The notes under the pieces were generated by a model. It saw only the letters and a program-made list of their open reading frames with translations, was not told where the DNA came from and did no database searches. From contig NW_026852001.1 in the NCBI RefSeq assembly GCF_026571515.1, positions 62,001 through 126,000 on the forward strand: 64,000 nucleotides of DNA, read 5' to 3'. Source of the stretch: Ruditapes philippinarum (lineage: Eukaryota). A program made the position numbers and the translations under genes. This document shows, piece by piece, positions 1 to 27,700 of the stretch (position 1 is the stretch's first letter; every line of letters starts with the position of its first letter).

Positions 1-375
1 ATAAAATGGTTTTATAAACTTTAAAGATGGCCTTATTCAGCTAATGCAATGCTTTCTAAATAATTCTGTACAGTATATAAACATACTATCATACAAAATG
101 ACTGGCAAACACTAAACATTCACTACTATGTTCCGTGTCTTCAACATGAATAAATGTTTATATTCCAACTTGTCACTAGCAGTAGTAAAATTGAATTTGA
201 AAAGGTATATTTCAAAACTAATGGAATACAATATCAAAATGAGAAAATTGAGATAGTATAGAGTGTTGCCAGGCTGCGCAGATTAATAAACATTCCTGGA
301 CCAATACTGGTGACAAAAGCTTATCACTTTCGCTTCAACCAGGTAATGTATTAATATGTCGTCATTAGTACTTAC

Positions 376-3300
376 TTTTGTATCCGACATATCGGGACAT
401 ACAAGGAGGTTCTTCATTTTCTGCATTTGTCCATTGGCATGCATCTTGCTCCATCCAAAAGAAATCTTTTCGAAAATAAAACATACAGATATAATTAATG
501 CACTAATATAAACCGCGTCACGACAAAACCAACGTTCACCATGGAACCAGACCAGCCTGCGCATTCGCGCAGTCTGTTTAGGATCCATGCTGTTCGCTTA
601 CCAACCCTATTACAAGTAGAGAATCTGATAGCAAACAGCATGGATCCTGATCAGACTGTGCGGATGCGCAGGCTGGTCTGGATCCATTCTGGTCGCAAAC
701 CCATTATGTTGGTTTTGTCATGACGTGGCTCATATTGTTTGAAAACGGAACTACAAAAACTACACCAGCAACAAATTTAAAAGCGACAGTAAATATCTAA
801 CACGAAAGTACCATTTCACAATGACTATAATCTTTCAAATAAAAAATACAATAGAACTGGAAGTAAGCAAAAGGTAAAAAGAGTAACTGAACATTTTTTA
901 CAATTTTTAAGTTTAAAAAAAGGTTATACATGGGTACTCAACAAATGTTTAGTTGTCGTCTTAGTGTCGTTGACATCTTAAATTCAGATAACAACTATTT
1001 TATTTACTACAGGCTATAGACCTAGCTTTATCGGAGGTTATAACAAAACCCAGAAGTATATTATGAAATTCGTGGAATTGTAAAAATAGAACACATTAGC
1101 AATACTTTGACACAACCTTGGTAGACTTAACATGTTTAAACATTATAGTTGTATTATGTATATCATAACGTGAATGGAATGCATTTTCATTGAATTCAAC
1201 GTTCAAGTCAATAACGCATGTATTAATCTATTGATTTACATACATGTTTCGGTAACCAGATAGTTTTGACGCTACTATAATAGGTATATAAATAAACAAG
1301 ACATTCAGAAATGAATTCATGAATATTTAAGTAATGCAATTCCTAGAAATAACAAAACCAGGGGGTACAAGCTTTTATAAATGATCCTCATCAAAACTTT
1401 GTTATTTAGATTACTAGATCAAAGAACCCTTTGATACCCTCTTATTTCATTAAACGATATGTGTTTGTGCGGTTAAAGATATAAAAAAGACATAGTGGCG
1501 GATATAATTGTAAGCATTACATTTCCTTATTTGTGAAGGAAACGTGTCAAATATAGGAACCAAGTGGCATAAAGAAAACAGTAATAAATGCATTGTATGT
1601 TAATTTGATGTACGAATGTCATTAGTCATATTATCTTAACTATCGTTATTATATTTAGAATTATTTTAAACATGTGTGTCCAACTTTGAATTTAAGAAAG
1701 GTACATTAAACTACTATAAAAATACAAAAACTAGTAGTGATGTACGGTAAAACATGCCAATAAAGCAATGGATGACGTGTTTATTTCCTTACTTCTAAAA
1801 TTTGCAATAGCAGGCCGATTTTCTCTTTATCCTCTCCTTTCCGGATACTTTCAAAGGCGCAAGTCCACTCATTATCATACAGTTCAGATAGCTCTTCAGC
1901 TAGTTTTGTTGGTCTCTTGACATCATTTAGATTTGCTATGTTCGGATTTCCATCCGTAAGTCTATCCGACATAATCTTGCTTAATCTTGAAAGAGTTAAA
2001 TATAAGATAGAGATACAGAAGATTTAAACGTTATATGTACAATGTATATGTCATATTTGTGTGCTTCGATACCAAACGATTCGTGTTACAAAATGCATGA
2101 TAACTATTCACCTTTTAAATAAATGTTACCAGAAAAAACAACACTTTCAATATGGTAGATCAAAAGAAATTTTTGGATGGATTTAAAGTGATCCAAGTGT
2201 AAAATAAGCAGAAGCATGCATAATGAATAGGTACAAAATGCGCATTACTTAATATTAGAAACAACAATCTGTCAAGCTACATAACAAACTATTCACATTA
2301 CCAAAATTATATATTCTGTTGACTAAGGAAATAAACTGATTCAGCCTAGATTGATTCAACTTAACACACATATGAATTTACAAATGTAATAGCATATTTA
2401 ACTTTTACCTTTGAAGAGCATCTTCCTTTTCTCTTTTCTCTTCATTGTACATGTCTGTGAGTACTTCAACTTTATGTATGGCGCTTTCTTTCTTTCTTCT
2501 TTCCTCTTCATAAAAGTCCTTAAACTTCTGTACTTCATCCTCGTTTCCATTTCCATGGCCGCCGCCAAGAATTGATGTGTAACCATTGGGTCGTCTGAAA
2601 GGAAATCTATGAGTTTCTGTATTAATGTATACTGAACGGAAATTTAGAAAATAGAACATAATGCAACGATTGCATGTATATTGGTTGTGAGACGTTATAT
2701 ATCTGCAAGTGTCAGGCAAACATAAAATAAGCAAAATGTATTAAACTAACCCATAGCCGTATGAATTATAAATTGCATTGGCTTTTATTAAATAAATCAT
2801 AACTGTTGTTATTGAATTGATGATGATGATGATGATGATTGTAATATACATGTATATCAAAACGAATTTTATTAAGACAAATGTCTTTTCTGCAGTTTTG
2901 TATAGAAATGATTATGAAAATAACTCTTATACATATTATCACACACCCGTGCCGATTTTGCGACTCCGTAAATATGGTATTGCACGGCCGTGCATATATT
3001 TTGACGTGACGTCATTAGCGTTATACAAACATAGTGTAAAGACGCGCTAAATGTTAGCGTTATACTATAGGCGCGTCAATGAAAAATGACTCTTATTTCA
3101 CTTTAAATGGTCTTTATTTTTGGTATGTGATAAATAGAATATTAAATTCGTGTAAGTTCATTACTGAATTTATTGCACTCGTTGAATAAAATAATATTAT
3201 GCTCGCCAGAGGCTCGCATAATATAATTTTATTCAACTCGTGCAATAAATTCAGTATTGAACTTACACTCATTCAATATCCTCTATTTATTACAAACGTC

Positions 3301-3942
3301 TTAAATAAACAGTCTCCAAACAAGAAAGGCAGTTACAAAAAGAGCAATTTAATAGTTTATAGTATAATATCTTACCTTCTCAATTTACAAATACAGAAAA
3401 TGAGCACTCCGCATAACAAAATAACTAGTACACATAATATTCCTATTGCAATGTAAAAGCCATCCGGAGAACACTGATCTGGTAAAAGAGAAACGATCAA
3501 TATGTAGTTAATGATTTACAAAATATATTTCTAATACATAAATACAGAGATAATTTATGCTTTTAAATAAACCTAAATGTAAAGCATTTCGTTCAACAAA
3601 TACAAAAGGGACAAATCAAATGAGAATAAAAAATGTTCCTGGTGTGTACAGACTACTTTCCGACTAGTTAAATACTATAAAAATGAGACTCTTATGGTAT
3701 ATATTAAGAATGACAGATATTCCCACTAATCTAATTGACTTTGACAACTGTACTTAATTTCCTTGTACAAAAATGTATACTGTATGCACAAATAATCGTT
3801 TTTTTAGAAGTAAACATGTAGATAGTTCATAACAAGTTAACATTAAAACTTTAAATATTTAAAAGATTTTAAATAAAATATTCATGTATCATGGCATGTA
3901 TTAATAAATTTATCAAAACAAAATGTAAAGCTTACCAGCCAT
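376..3942 (-). CDS. Mieap/SPATA18-like (mitochondria-eating protein family) paralogue 1 with N-terminal transmembrane helix; 3' end lies outside the window
   Basis: Exons: 3942-3936 (aaaATGGCTG|gtaag), 3478-3376, 2594-2409, 1985-1793, 465-376; all GT-AG and phase-consistent. Protein: MADQCSPDGFYIAIGILCVLVILLCGVLIFCICKLRRRPNG... then charged coiled-coil (FYEEERRKKESAIHKVEVL), then RLSKIMSDRLTDGNPNIANLNDVKRPTKLAEELSELYDNEWTCAFE, which aligns by eye with the core exon of the genes at 20097 and 26383. The family call is transferred from those paralogues. Confidence 0.8.
506..735. mobile_element. Foldback MITE (non-autonomous DNA element)
   Basis: Terminal inverted repeats ccgcgtcacgacaaaaccaac / gttggttttgtcatgacgtgg, and internal inverted arms ccagaccagcctgcgcat / atgcgcaggctggtctgg and ggatccatgctgtt / aacagcatggatcc. 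Confidence 0.8.
2818..2838. repeat. (TGA)n microsatellite
   Basis: tgatgatgatgatgatgatga; accounts for the poly-Met ORF at 2817. Confidence 0.85.
3131..3288. mobile_element. Long hairpin/foldback element (element probably extends left to ~2927)
   Basis: Arm gtgtaagttcattactgaatttattgcac...gttgaataaaat pairs with attttattcaac...gtgcaataaattcagtattgaacttacac; the outer ends are taaatag / ctattta. Confidence 0.7.
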
Positions 3943-4465
3943 TTTCGTTTTAACCGAAATTGTCGTATTTTACTTCCTGGTTTTGATCGACCACGTATTA
4001 CGTTGTCATGCTCATTCAGCCGTATAGCATAAAGGCATGTAAAATGTATAGTGTTTAAATCGGTGCATTTTCGAGAAGGGAAAAAAGGAAAATAAAATCC
4101 AAACAGATAGTCCACATTAACGTTTGATGCATCAAAGTCATATACATGTACATGTCGGTCGGTCTTTAATGAAACAACAATTCAAATATACGACAAAGAT
4201 GTTTTTCACTTCTACTGAAAATATAACACAACGACTCTCGTTAGAATGAATGTTCATTCGAAATTTCATTATTCAAGATTGTATGTTTATAGCTTGTATA
4301 GATGATAGTGTAAAAGTGATCTCTATAACAATTCTATTTTTAGTTTATACTTACTAAGGGGTAATAAAAAGTTACAGTCAAACGAAATAAATAATAAACC
4401 ACTTTAATTTAGAGTGAAATATATGTCTAAATTAAGCGATTTATTTAGTTAAGATTTTTTAAAGA

Positions 4466-17163
<12,698 letters not shown>

Positions 17164-18819
17164 CTTGATACTTTGTTTGTAATGTGGGCTATCTCAAGAT
17201 GTTATGATTATTTTCAAATATTATCGTTATATCTGTGTGCATACTGGATCTGAAATAGATAGTAAGATTAACGGGTGTATATAGGTGGATTTAGGCGAAC
17301 AGGTCTACGTATCAATTAAATAAGCTTCAACTAAACTGTAGTAATGATTCGTTGTCATTGTAACTACATTGTATGCTTAAATATACATATCACATTCCGG
17401 CTATATCAAGGCACGATCATAATATTTTGGTTATATAGTTTTAAGTTGTCATAAAAGTTTCAAAATTGATCATTTTCACTATAAGTGTTAACGTATGTAA
17501 TGGCCGTGGACAAAATTCATATTTTCGTTTGATGTTTGTGCATTAAATGCCTGTAAGATCAATTTTTCTTCAGTTTTTCTCATTCAGACACGTTTATAAA
17601 AACAGTGCCTTTTGATAAACAAGAATGCGATACTTTATTCATTCTTTTAAAGGCCCTTTTTCTACAAAAGTTTTTTGAAACCAACATGTACAAAAAAGGT
17701 TGTAAATATGATTTTAAATCTAAAAGTTAAATCGATTGCATGATACAAGATTTTTACAGAAGAGATACATTTTCGATAAAGAACATTAGTATAAATTACA
17801 TCATAAGTGTATCACTAATATTTTTAAAAATGTTTTATTGATATTGAACTTAATGTTAATTAATGTTTGCCTTTGCCTACGTAGTAATCCAAATATTACG
17901 TTTTTATCTTTCTTGCAGACGATAATGCGTATTCAATTTTCAGAAAAAGTAAATATATATATTTTTTTTTAAATTGATAACAGTCAATTTCCCCTTCTAT
18001 ATCAGTACTTAACAAATATTGCTGATGTGTAGGAGAACGTTAAATACTTCCTTGAAACTATAAATTGTGTGTACGAGGCCTGATATCGAAAGTATACGGG
18101 AACAGCCGATGTTTTACGATTGGTCTGATACATGTTGCAGAACAAATCAGAATGATTGATAAATCATTTAATAAATACTTCCTGTATAAAGCAAAGACAA
18201 TTGATTGAATATTGAAATATATCATTTTAGACCTTACATGAAATAATTATACTTCTAAGTATTTTTATGTTAGATAAATAGTCTACATTTTTTATGTTTA
18301 AAGGTGACCACTTTTCCCCCATTTTATAGGTATAGCATTTGATTCATAAACATTCATGGTACTTCCCTTTACGTCACGACTGTAAATATAGATAACTTGC
18401 TTGTAGATATCATCTTATAAACTAGGTTATAACTTAAAGTAAAAAATTGGTTTCTTCATTATTCGTTCAGGTAGAAAATCTATAATATACACTTGAATTT
18501 AAATAGTTTAAAGTTGTTCGTAGTAACAAGTGTAATTTACATCCGCGTTGTTAAATAGGAATAAATATTTATCAGTTTACTTAAAGGTAAGTTTATATAC
18601 TATATTTCTTTTATTTTTTTGTACATATTGAATTCCTATTTGCATTTAGCATCGATTGGTGACTAATTCCTAACTTCGCTTCTTGAAAATGAAAGTAGAA
18701 ACATATATGGACTGACCTAGGAATGGTAAAACTGAAAAGGTAGTATGACTTTTTTTGATATCACTCTTTCTTTTTGCAGGATGTACACCAAATACAATAC
18801 GACCTTTTAGTAACGTGCT

Positions 18820-21800
18820 ATGGGAAATTCGAGTAGTTCTAAGCGAAGAAAATGCAGTCCGGGATCCCCACAACATAACAAAGATTCGACACAAACAACT
18901 AAAAGAAACAATTGGGTCGAAGACAGAAGCCCTCATCACAGCTTTAGCGGCTCGGTAAGAAATATCTTTGATTTCTGAGTTAATGCATTGTTATGCATTA
19001 TCTGCGTTATCATAAATTTCATAGATAAATCTGATTTGTATAAATTGTTTCAGAGAGAGGTAAATAGAAGTCTTCAACAGCATATTTGTAACGAGAATGA
19101 CTTAGAAAAGAGGTAAATATTATCTATGTTTAAACCCTTATTATTTCCTTTACATAAAACAAATAATCTTTCAACGCTGAGCAAGTATTTTCGTGGGATT
19201 TAATCACTACTATTAGACTAAAGGTTTGATTTGTTTGTTTGAAAGAATCACATATGAATACTGATTATTTCTAATATCCTGTTGTTTTTTCTAGCTATAT
19301 TTCTCTAATACAACGTGTATTGTTAAAGACTGAGATAGATTTATATATCTTTTATTTAGTTATAAAACTTAAGTACACTTCATGTATATGTTTGTTTTCA
19401 ATTTCTAGTTATCACAATGAAAAGGTTGGTAACATAAGTATGTTATATAAGGATGACATTCGGAAAAAAAATGAATCTCAAGAAACCAAAAATCTTCACA
19501 CTGAAAATAAGATGTTGACGTGAGTATAAATATCAAATAATTGAGTTAAAACGTTAATAAATAGATTTACGTGTTAGCACGTGTAGGGCAACTAATAACC
19601 ACTTTATATGTCAAGCATCATGCAAATATTATGTGTTCCGTTTCTCTTGTTATGTATGCCTCATTTCAAACAACATTATATATGACTAAAAAATCAAAAC
19701 CGATATTACTTATTGTAATAATATATATTTGTTAAGGTTGGACAATGACAACCTGAAAAGTGAAAGAAGAGAGCTGATATCAAAACTGGAAGGTCACAAA
19801 GAAGAACTTATGCAACATAAAAAGGAAATTGATGATCTTAAAACAAGGTATTAAACACGGCTTATTCAACATGTATGTGTTTGCTAAATGGTTAAAGGGA
19901 AATAACTTCTATATTTTTAGTAGACCTATGTAAAACACATCGATTTCATTGCGCACTTTAAAATATTTATGCTTTACACTTTGTTTCCTCTCACTAAGGG
20001 TCTCACTTAGATAATTCTAAATTGTTTGATAAACCTTACTAACGACTGTACTTGTATGTGCTAAAATGATGTTCCTACGTTTTTATTTACCTCCAGACTT
20101 AGTAAATTGGCTTCTGATAGGCTTACTGACAATAATCCGAATATCACTGATCTTAGCGACGATAATAGAGCCATCAAGGTGGGAGAGAAGTTTATTGAAT
20201 TGTACAACAATGAGTGGAGTGATGCATTTGAGGAACTGACTGAAGTTTCCAAAATGGAGGAGGTTGAAGCAATTAAATACCTTTTTGATACAATTAAAGT
20301 AAGTTAATAAATGTTTAATACAACATGGTAATAAAAACATGAAGTTTGTTACATTAGTTATATAAAGAATAAGTTTCAAATTGAAATAATAAATCAAAAT
20401 TCATACACATGAACTAGAATAATTAGATTAAAAACCAACATAATATTAAATAATTAAATAGACATGTTTCGCTTTATTAGCTTCATCAGTTGATACATGT
20501 ACATTACAAAGGAAAATATGTAGTTTTATGTAATTTTTGCATATTTTACCAGGTTATATGTAATGTTTGTGAAATTTAAGCGGCTGAATCGGGAACTTTC
20601 TCTGTTTATAAGAAAATCTGTATAATGTATTATAACATTTTCTTAACTTTCAAACAAATCAGCATGCTTCTTCAAAATCAAATTACAATCATTTTCAATT
20701 CAAGAATGAAAATTTAGATGTTTAACTTATAACAGCAAGATGAATAGTTCAGTCATAAGATAATGTAATCTTATAACTAGAGTACACCAAATAATAAATT
20801 GAAACAACACATGACATGACTACGTTGACTTAACATAATATTGTCAGGAGTACACAAACCTTCAAGCTGTTTCAAGCTTACCATCTTCTTTTAAAAACAG
20901 TCAGCAAACTAAAATTGTATTTGTTTATGGTTTGTCAGATAATTTCTTATATAGATAATTTGATTTGTAATCCGAACATAATTGCTGATTTCCAGAAGAT
21001 ATTTGACAAATGCAAGGAAACAGCAGAAGGACATTCTAACAAACTGGAAGAAGCTATTCTTGAGTTCACCGGTAACGAAGAGGTAATAGAAACGAGTCAA
21101 AAACAAACCAGAATTTCTTTTTCTCATTATATATTACAAATTGTTCTTATAATCAAATTAATGTCTGTTATAGCTTGTTAATTGATCATTTATTTTCTCA
21201 AATCCAAACTTTTTCATATTAAAAAGGATAATATTTATATAAAAGTATACAGTGTAACTTCTTAAAACGGAACACCTGTGGGAGTAGCCAAAAAGTTTGG
21301 AATTTTCCAGAATTCAGAATTTTCTGAACAAGTAGGAACATTAAAGATCATGTTTAATTAAGATATGATGAAAAATAAAATGTATATAAATAATATTATT
21401 TTACAATTTATAAATAATGTGTCAGTTCAAGCAATCAAAGAAAGACAAGCTTACTTCACAGTATATGCTCGTTCATATTTATTAAGGAAACATAGCAACC
21501 AAAAAGAAATCACTTTGGTGAGAATATGTCCACATAGAAATTGGTTTGTTTTACATATGCATAAGCAAATCTTAATTTTTTTGAAGACAACTTCTAGAAT
21601 TATTTTAGTATTTAAATATTAAAATTGAGAAACCAGCCGTAGGAGTCTGACGGTGCATGCTTTACACTTTTCCAGTATAGGGCACACGTATTCTTTTATT
21701 TGAGGACCATACACCGTTTTCCATGTACGGCACAGACGTGTGTCATAGGTTGTTTTCTAAATTTAAAATCTCACCATTACCGTGTTAAAAGGTTGAATTA

Positions 21801-22828
21801 TGCTTAATTGCTTGATTGGGGGCGTGGACTGTAGCTTGCACTTTTCAGTACCGTCCATGAACTTCGAGCCTGTAACGTTTTGGACTTTCTCTAGGGTTTC
21901 GTTTTTCTTTATTTTATTCTGGTAACATTTTTAATTGTTGACGCAACTAAAACCTCAAAGACTAAGGTTTTAAGATTTATCATCTCATATGTAACAAAAA
22001 TATTTTTTTCTTTACCAATGTCCGAATTACGTAATATTCAAATGTTAGTCGTCAATGTAGACTTTGCATTATTTGTTCAGATTCACCCGATGCTGGCCAT
22101 GTCCCTGAAAGTGTACAAAGATGAACGAAAAAGAATGTTTAGAAATACAGTTCCAAGTACTAAAACGGTTTGTTTATATTCTCCTTATGTAACTTTCTTA
22201 AAAAAAAAAACAGAAACATTTTCTTTGTCTATATTATTTGATGGTCAAATTCAATATAGTACAATTACATACAATTAAAACGATATCATTTTCAACATAC
22301 CGTTCTGCTAAATAATTAAGAATATAAGATATGAATGGAGAATATATCTTTCTGTTTTAGATAATTCAAGCAATTGCTCCTTCGAAAGAAAGAATATTGG
22401 GAAAATTGAATATATATGTGGAAGCAGCTACAATAATTTGCTGGTTAATGTGTATTCAGGACCCTCCAATGGTTCTTTATACAACCAAGAAAGGAAAAAA
22501 GTTCGACGGAAAGTTTTTCAGTGCATACACTGAACGCGGTAAACGCGTAGCGTTCCCTGTTTGGCCTGCGTTGCTCCTTTGCAATGATGGACCAGTCGTT
22601 CAGAAAGGTATAGCACAAGGAAAAAATAAGAAGAAAAGGAATTTGGCGAGCATAAGTCCTTCTGCAACGAACAATAACGAAAAGGCACATACATTGGAGC
22701 TAGAAAACAATACTTTGACAACTTTAAATACTGATTATCAGGAGTCAGGCACAGATACTCTCATAAGAGTTTTATCTAAAGATATTCAGGAATTAGACAT
22801 AAATACACTCACAAGAGTTGTACCTTAG
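18820..22828 (+). CDS. Mieap/SPATA18-like paralogue 2, N-myristoylation-type N-terminus; about 419 aa
   Basis: Exons: 18820-18954 (MGNSSSSKRRKCSPG...), 19054-19112, 19409-19519, 19737-19847, 20097-20298, 20996-21082, 22081-22167, 22361-22828; 1260 nt in frame. Coiled coil, then RLSKLASDRLTDNNPNITDLSDDNRAIKVGEKFIELYNNEWSDAFE, then C-terminal ICWLMCIQDPPM...FD...VWPALLL...GPVVQKGIA, which I recognise as the MIEAP C-terminal domain pattern. A probable non-coding first exon ends near 18586 (aag|gtaagt). Confidence 0.85.
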
Positions 22829-24773
22829 ATTTTCCTGGGAACAACAGTACAGTAAACTGAAGAAGCACAATCATAACATTCATCTTTATATTAACAGAAT
22901 GCATTCATATTATGATTTTGGAATGCGTTGTACTAATCAAATATTACAATTTGATTTTCACTTTCCTAAAATGGAACAATTGACATGCCTTGCTTAAAAA
23001 ATTAAATTCGGAACTGTAGATTTAATGACAGTTCAGTGACAGTATAAAATAACAAGTTACTGTACAGTGATTTGTCAGACTCCATGAGTTTGAAAACTGT
23101 CCTTGCGTAAAACTTAACATGCATTTATATTTATTATTACTTGATAGTAGAATGTTTGTCGTGATCAAGGTAAATGTTATGTGAATATCAACTGTTTGAC
23201 ATCCTTGAAATACGTAGATTATATAAGCAAACATATATTTTGCTAGTAAAAGGAGAAATAAAAAGTCAATTTAAACAGGTTATTTGAATATACATGTAAA
23301 ACATATCCTATTATATTAACAGACCTGATCAAACTCTGCGAATCTCTTCTAGTATTGATTTCATTTCCATCGAGGGATCTTTCCTTTTTTATTTTTTTTA
23401 TTTTGTTTTAATTACATTATCAGATAAAGTTATTTGAAAATAATGCATCCCTCAACACAATGTTAAAGAAAATTGAGAACGTTTTGAGAAAAATTACTTG
23501 ATATATGCCTCTTATAATCAAACTCAAATCACAAAACTTGTGCATATATTCTACTTATGGTAGACCCGATCTTTATCGAGATTTATTTATATTTATGATT
23601 GATTTGAATATAGTTGTATTTATGATTGATTTGAATAAGAAGTGTTAATAAAAACTAGTATTCTGTTCAAAAGATTTTGTCTCAGATAAAACATACCCCT
23701 TAAATGCTTTTTATTATAAAGTAACGAATTTAGTCATCGTGGGTAATACTCTTTTCATCTTACGTTGTGGTTATAAGGTTCTCCGTTTTATTATATTTTT
23801 CTGTTCCTCCGGGATCATTGATGGCAAAACATTTAGTGTCGGGGGATTGAATACTGCATTAATCCGCTATTAGCAGGAAAGATGTAATACTAGTACCTTA
23901 CATTTATCACTCACGAAAGCTCTCGATCACATCGCGTCTACAATTTTTATCTTTTTAGTTTTGCTTTCATTGCTCTTGACAAATTTTACAGGTTCAATTA
24001 CACCTTTACTCTTCTCTAGAAACTACACATTATCAATGATAACATATATATATATTCTATACCTAAAGGCATTTAAGAAAAACACGATTTCGAAAAGTGA
24101 ATCTTAGATAAATGTTAGCATTTTGTTGAATGAAGTTTGGGTATATCGTATATAAAATTTGTAACTTTGGCATGTACAAAACAGATTACTTTTCACATTT
24201 GTTTATCCACAGTTTTCTTTCAGATGATTTCTTATTTGTTTAGATATTTGAATAAAACCTTAAATTACAGTTGTATGGCCAATTCTTTGAAGCAAGGAGG
24301 TTAAACGGTTTATAGACGTTTTATTTATATTTACCGCTTGCTCGATTGTAAACCATGTGTTTTGCCAAAACAATAAGTGTATTGTTAAATCTATAAATGG
24401 TTTTACAGGTATATTGGACTTTAAGCAATATCGATTCAATATAAATCCCATTTAAATTCAAATGACTTGGCTTGAATGTCGTTCAAAACTCTGACAATAA
24501 ATTAACTTCCTGGTCTGAAACCATACAACTACAAATCGTAAAGACATAACACATATTAATAGTTATCAAGACAAGTTAACAGTAGGATTAAACGTGAACT
24601 AGATAGATTGAAAAAAATATCTTTACTTATCTGTTTAATATAAGTGACTTAATAAAAATAATATCGTTAGGTAATACAATTATACGACGAGATATGTATT
24701 AAACAGTGTAAACAGAAATAGTAAGAAAGATCGGTGATAATATTGGAAGATTATTTAAAAGTATTGTACAAAA

Positions 24774-27700
24774 ATGGGAGTAGTTGCATCATGTAAACCG
24801 TCTAATAAAGCTGTTAAAGACAATGAAACGAGGCCTATTGATGACCAGCAACCAAGACCATGTATATCTGGTATGAAACATGGTATTCCTACAGGCGCGG
24901 GAACATCAAATATTAAACAGCATGTTCATTTTCGTGAAGACGACGATAACAACGAATATGACCGATTGTGGGTAAGTGGTAAATAAGACATTTTGTCATA
25001 TATTTATCATGTCTATTCACGAAATCAAGATTTTATCATGATTTGTGTCGTTTCCTAGTTCGCAATTTATTTTTTAATGGTATCGAGTATTTCGTAGTAG
25101 ATTTTATACTTTATGCACTTTTTTCAGCCTCATCAACAGAGACAAGGATTTCTACCACCTATTGACGATGAGCAATCACACAATCAGTACGTTCATTTTG
25201 AAAATACGATCTTGCACAAACTTTTGCCTTATGTTTGGTTGAATATTGCGGATTTTATCAGAGTATAGAATTAAACACACGTATCATGGTTTGGTAAGTT
25301 TTTGTGGAACGTTTTGTTTTTAATGATTAAGTATAGATGCCTTAAAACAACAAGGAAGAGGCTTGATTTTTACCAATGGCCAGGAGAAAAACCTTTTCAA
25401 GTTATAGAGTAGAAAAATTAATTAAATTTTATCCTAAATAATCCATTTAATCATTATATATTGCACTCACAGACAGACCAGCAAACGTAACCCAAAGAAA
25501 CGTAAACCAAATGAACAGAAACTCCGTATAAAAGAACTAGAAGAAGAGATCAGTTCACTACGGTTAGTACAATACAACACTTTGGACTTTACAGTACCGT
25601 TTCTGAACAGGCTCAATCAAACCGAGCATGAAACATATTCAATGTAGTCGTTTAGGGGTTCTTTAGGGCTTTTTTAATTTCCCTATTTTGTCAGTTTCGT
25701 TCTCATATAGGTTTGATGTCATCTATATCGATACATTTATGATCTTTAAGTATTTTTCTTTACTTTCATGTATACATGCATTTCCTAACAGTGTTTATGT
25801 ATCTTTAACTATTTAAATATATGTAATATTTATAATAAACTTCGGTTTAAGTTAATTGCATATTTCTCGATACATTGATTTAAACTCGTATATAAATAGA
25901 ATATTGATTTACCTTCCAACATGTGTATTTTCCATTTGTAGTAAATCGAGTTTTTTAACTGAGTCTTAGAGGTTGGCACCTCAAATTTGACATGCCGTGA
26001 ATTAAAATTTCTTCAACTTGATTTTTACAAAGGTCTGAAATCACAGGACTGAAAATGCAACACTTTGATGAAATGCAAACTCTTAAACAAGAGGCAGATG
26101 ACTTAAAACTGAGGTAAATATGGCAACTAGAGGTTCACTATCTGGATTGCAAAATAGTAAAAATAAGGTGAAAAATGTTTACCATTTATGATTTCCTGTA
26201 ACCAAATTAAAAAAAATACACAAACAGAAAAATATCAGTTCTGTATCACATACTTATTACTTTTAAAAATATGTATTTTACATGAAAATTTAGTTTAGTA
26301 AGGTGCTGAATTAAAATGTCAGAAACACCAGCAGAATAGCTTCGTCATTTTGTTGAATACCATGCATTAATGGTCACTTCAGATTGAGCAAGGTGGCGTC
26401 TGACAGACTGACAGACAATAACCCAAATATAACAGACCTTAGTGATGAAAATAGAGCTATCAAAGTAGGAGAAAAGTTGTCCGAGCTGTACAGCAATGAG
26501 TGGAGTGATGCTTACGAGGAACTAACTGAAGGTGGTCGTAGAAGTGATATAGAAGCTATAAACGTTCTACTTGAGATACTGAAGGTAATTGTGGTACATA
26601 CATTTTAATTTCTCTGCCTTTTTTGTTATATACATTTGACATAAATACAAACAATACAGAAAAGTTCTCTTGACAGTTGAAACATATAGTCAAAAGAGGG
26701 TTTTAAACAAAGCATCTAACATCTGTTCGAAACTTTTATATTTCATCATTACATTTTTATAGTCAGACGAGATAACTGATTCTTAACACTGTGCTCAAGC
26801 GATTACATGGAGTGTGAGAGGTGATGCACTTTACAAAATCTCTCATGAAAATACTATTCACATCATGTCAGATTATCTTTCACCGTATTATATGTCGTGA
26901 ACTTACAGTATGCCTACTTATTTTTAATTATTGGATTTCAGATCATATTTGGAGAATGCAAAAGAAAAGCTGAAGAAGAAATACGTGATATTGGAACGAA
27001 AATATTAGCATGTACTGGACATTCGGAGGTAACTTTTTATGAGCTATTAAAAGAAACATATTCTAAAGTGTAAGTTTTTCGGAAGAGGTTGTAAATTTTA
27101 TGTTTATGATGAAATTGCCACAGACAGAATGACAATACAACACGAATGTATATGTTCATATGCTCAGTTCTTCTAACAAATAAATATTTTAAAAAACATA
27201 TGCAATCACTAGTAATTTCATTTTCCAACTTGAATTTCATCTCTAGTATTCATTTCTGTTTATTACACGAGAATAATTTTCTTTCTCTCTTGTAATATTG
27301 ATAATAAATTGTCCTTTGTTTTGTTTTTATTGCAAAAAACAACATTTTTAACGGTATATATACGATTAAACACTCTTGTATTATTATTATTATTCTTATA
27401 ATTATTATGTTTTTGAAGTTCATATTTATTTCAGTTGAACAAAGAGTTAACTGCGGCAATGAAGCTATTGAGAACAGAACGTAAAAGAAATTTCAAAGCA
27501 ACAATGCCTTATCTTTTGACGGTAGTGTAAACAATCATTCATTTAAAAGTTAACATTTTTTAATTTCTTTTTGAAACTCAAATTTGAAATACCCAGTCAT
27601 ATTTACGTTTCATACCTTTTGAATATACAGCGAGGTTTAAAATTATAATATCTATCAAATTTTATGTGGCGTCGACATACTGTCTGTAAACCACAAAGCC

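Noticed and set aside
541-723. ORFs MEPDQPAH.. / MDPKQTAR..
   Set aside because: Translations of the foldback MITE on both strands; only 465-376 of the overlapping minus ORF is a real exon.
18755-18958. ORF-track frame (..GCTPNTIRPF..) as first exon of paralogue 2
   Set aside because: It ends in a phase incompatible with the next exon; the MGNSSS frame from 18820 splices in frame through all downstream exons.
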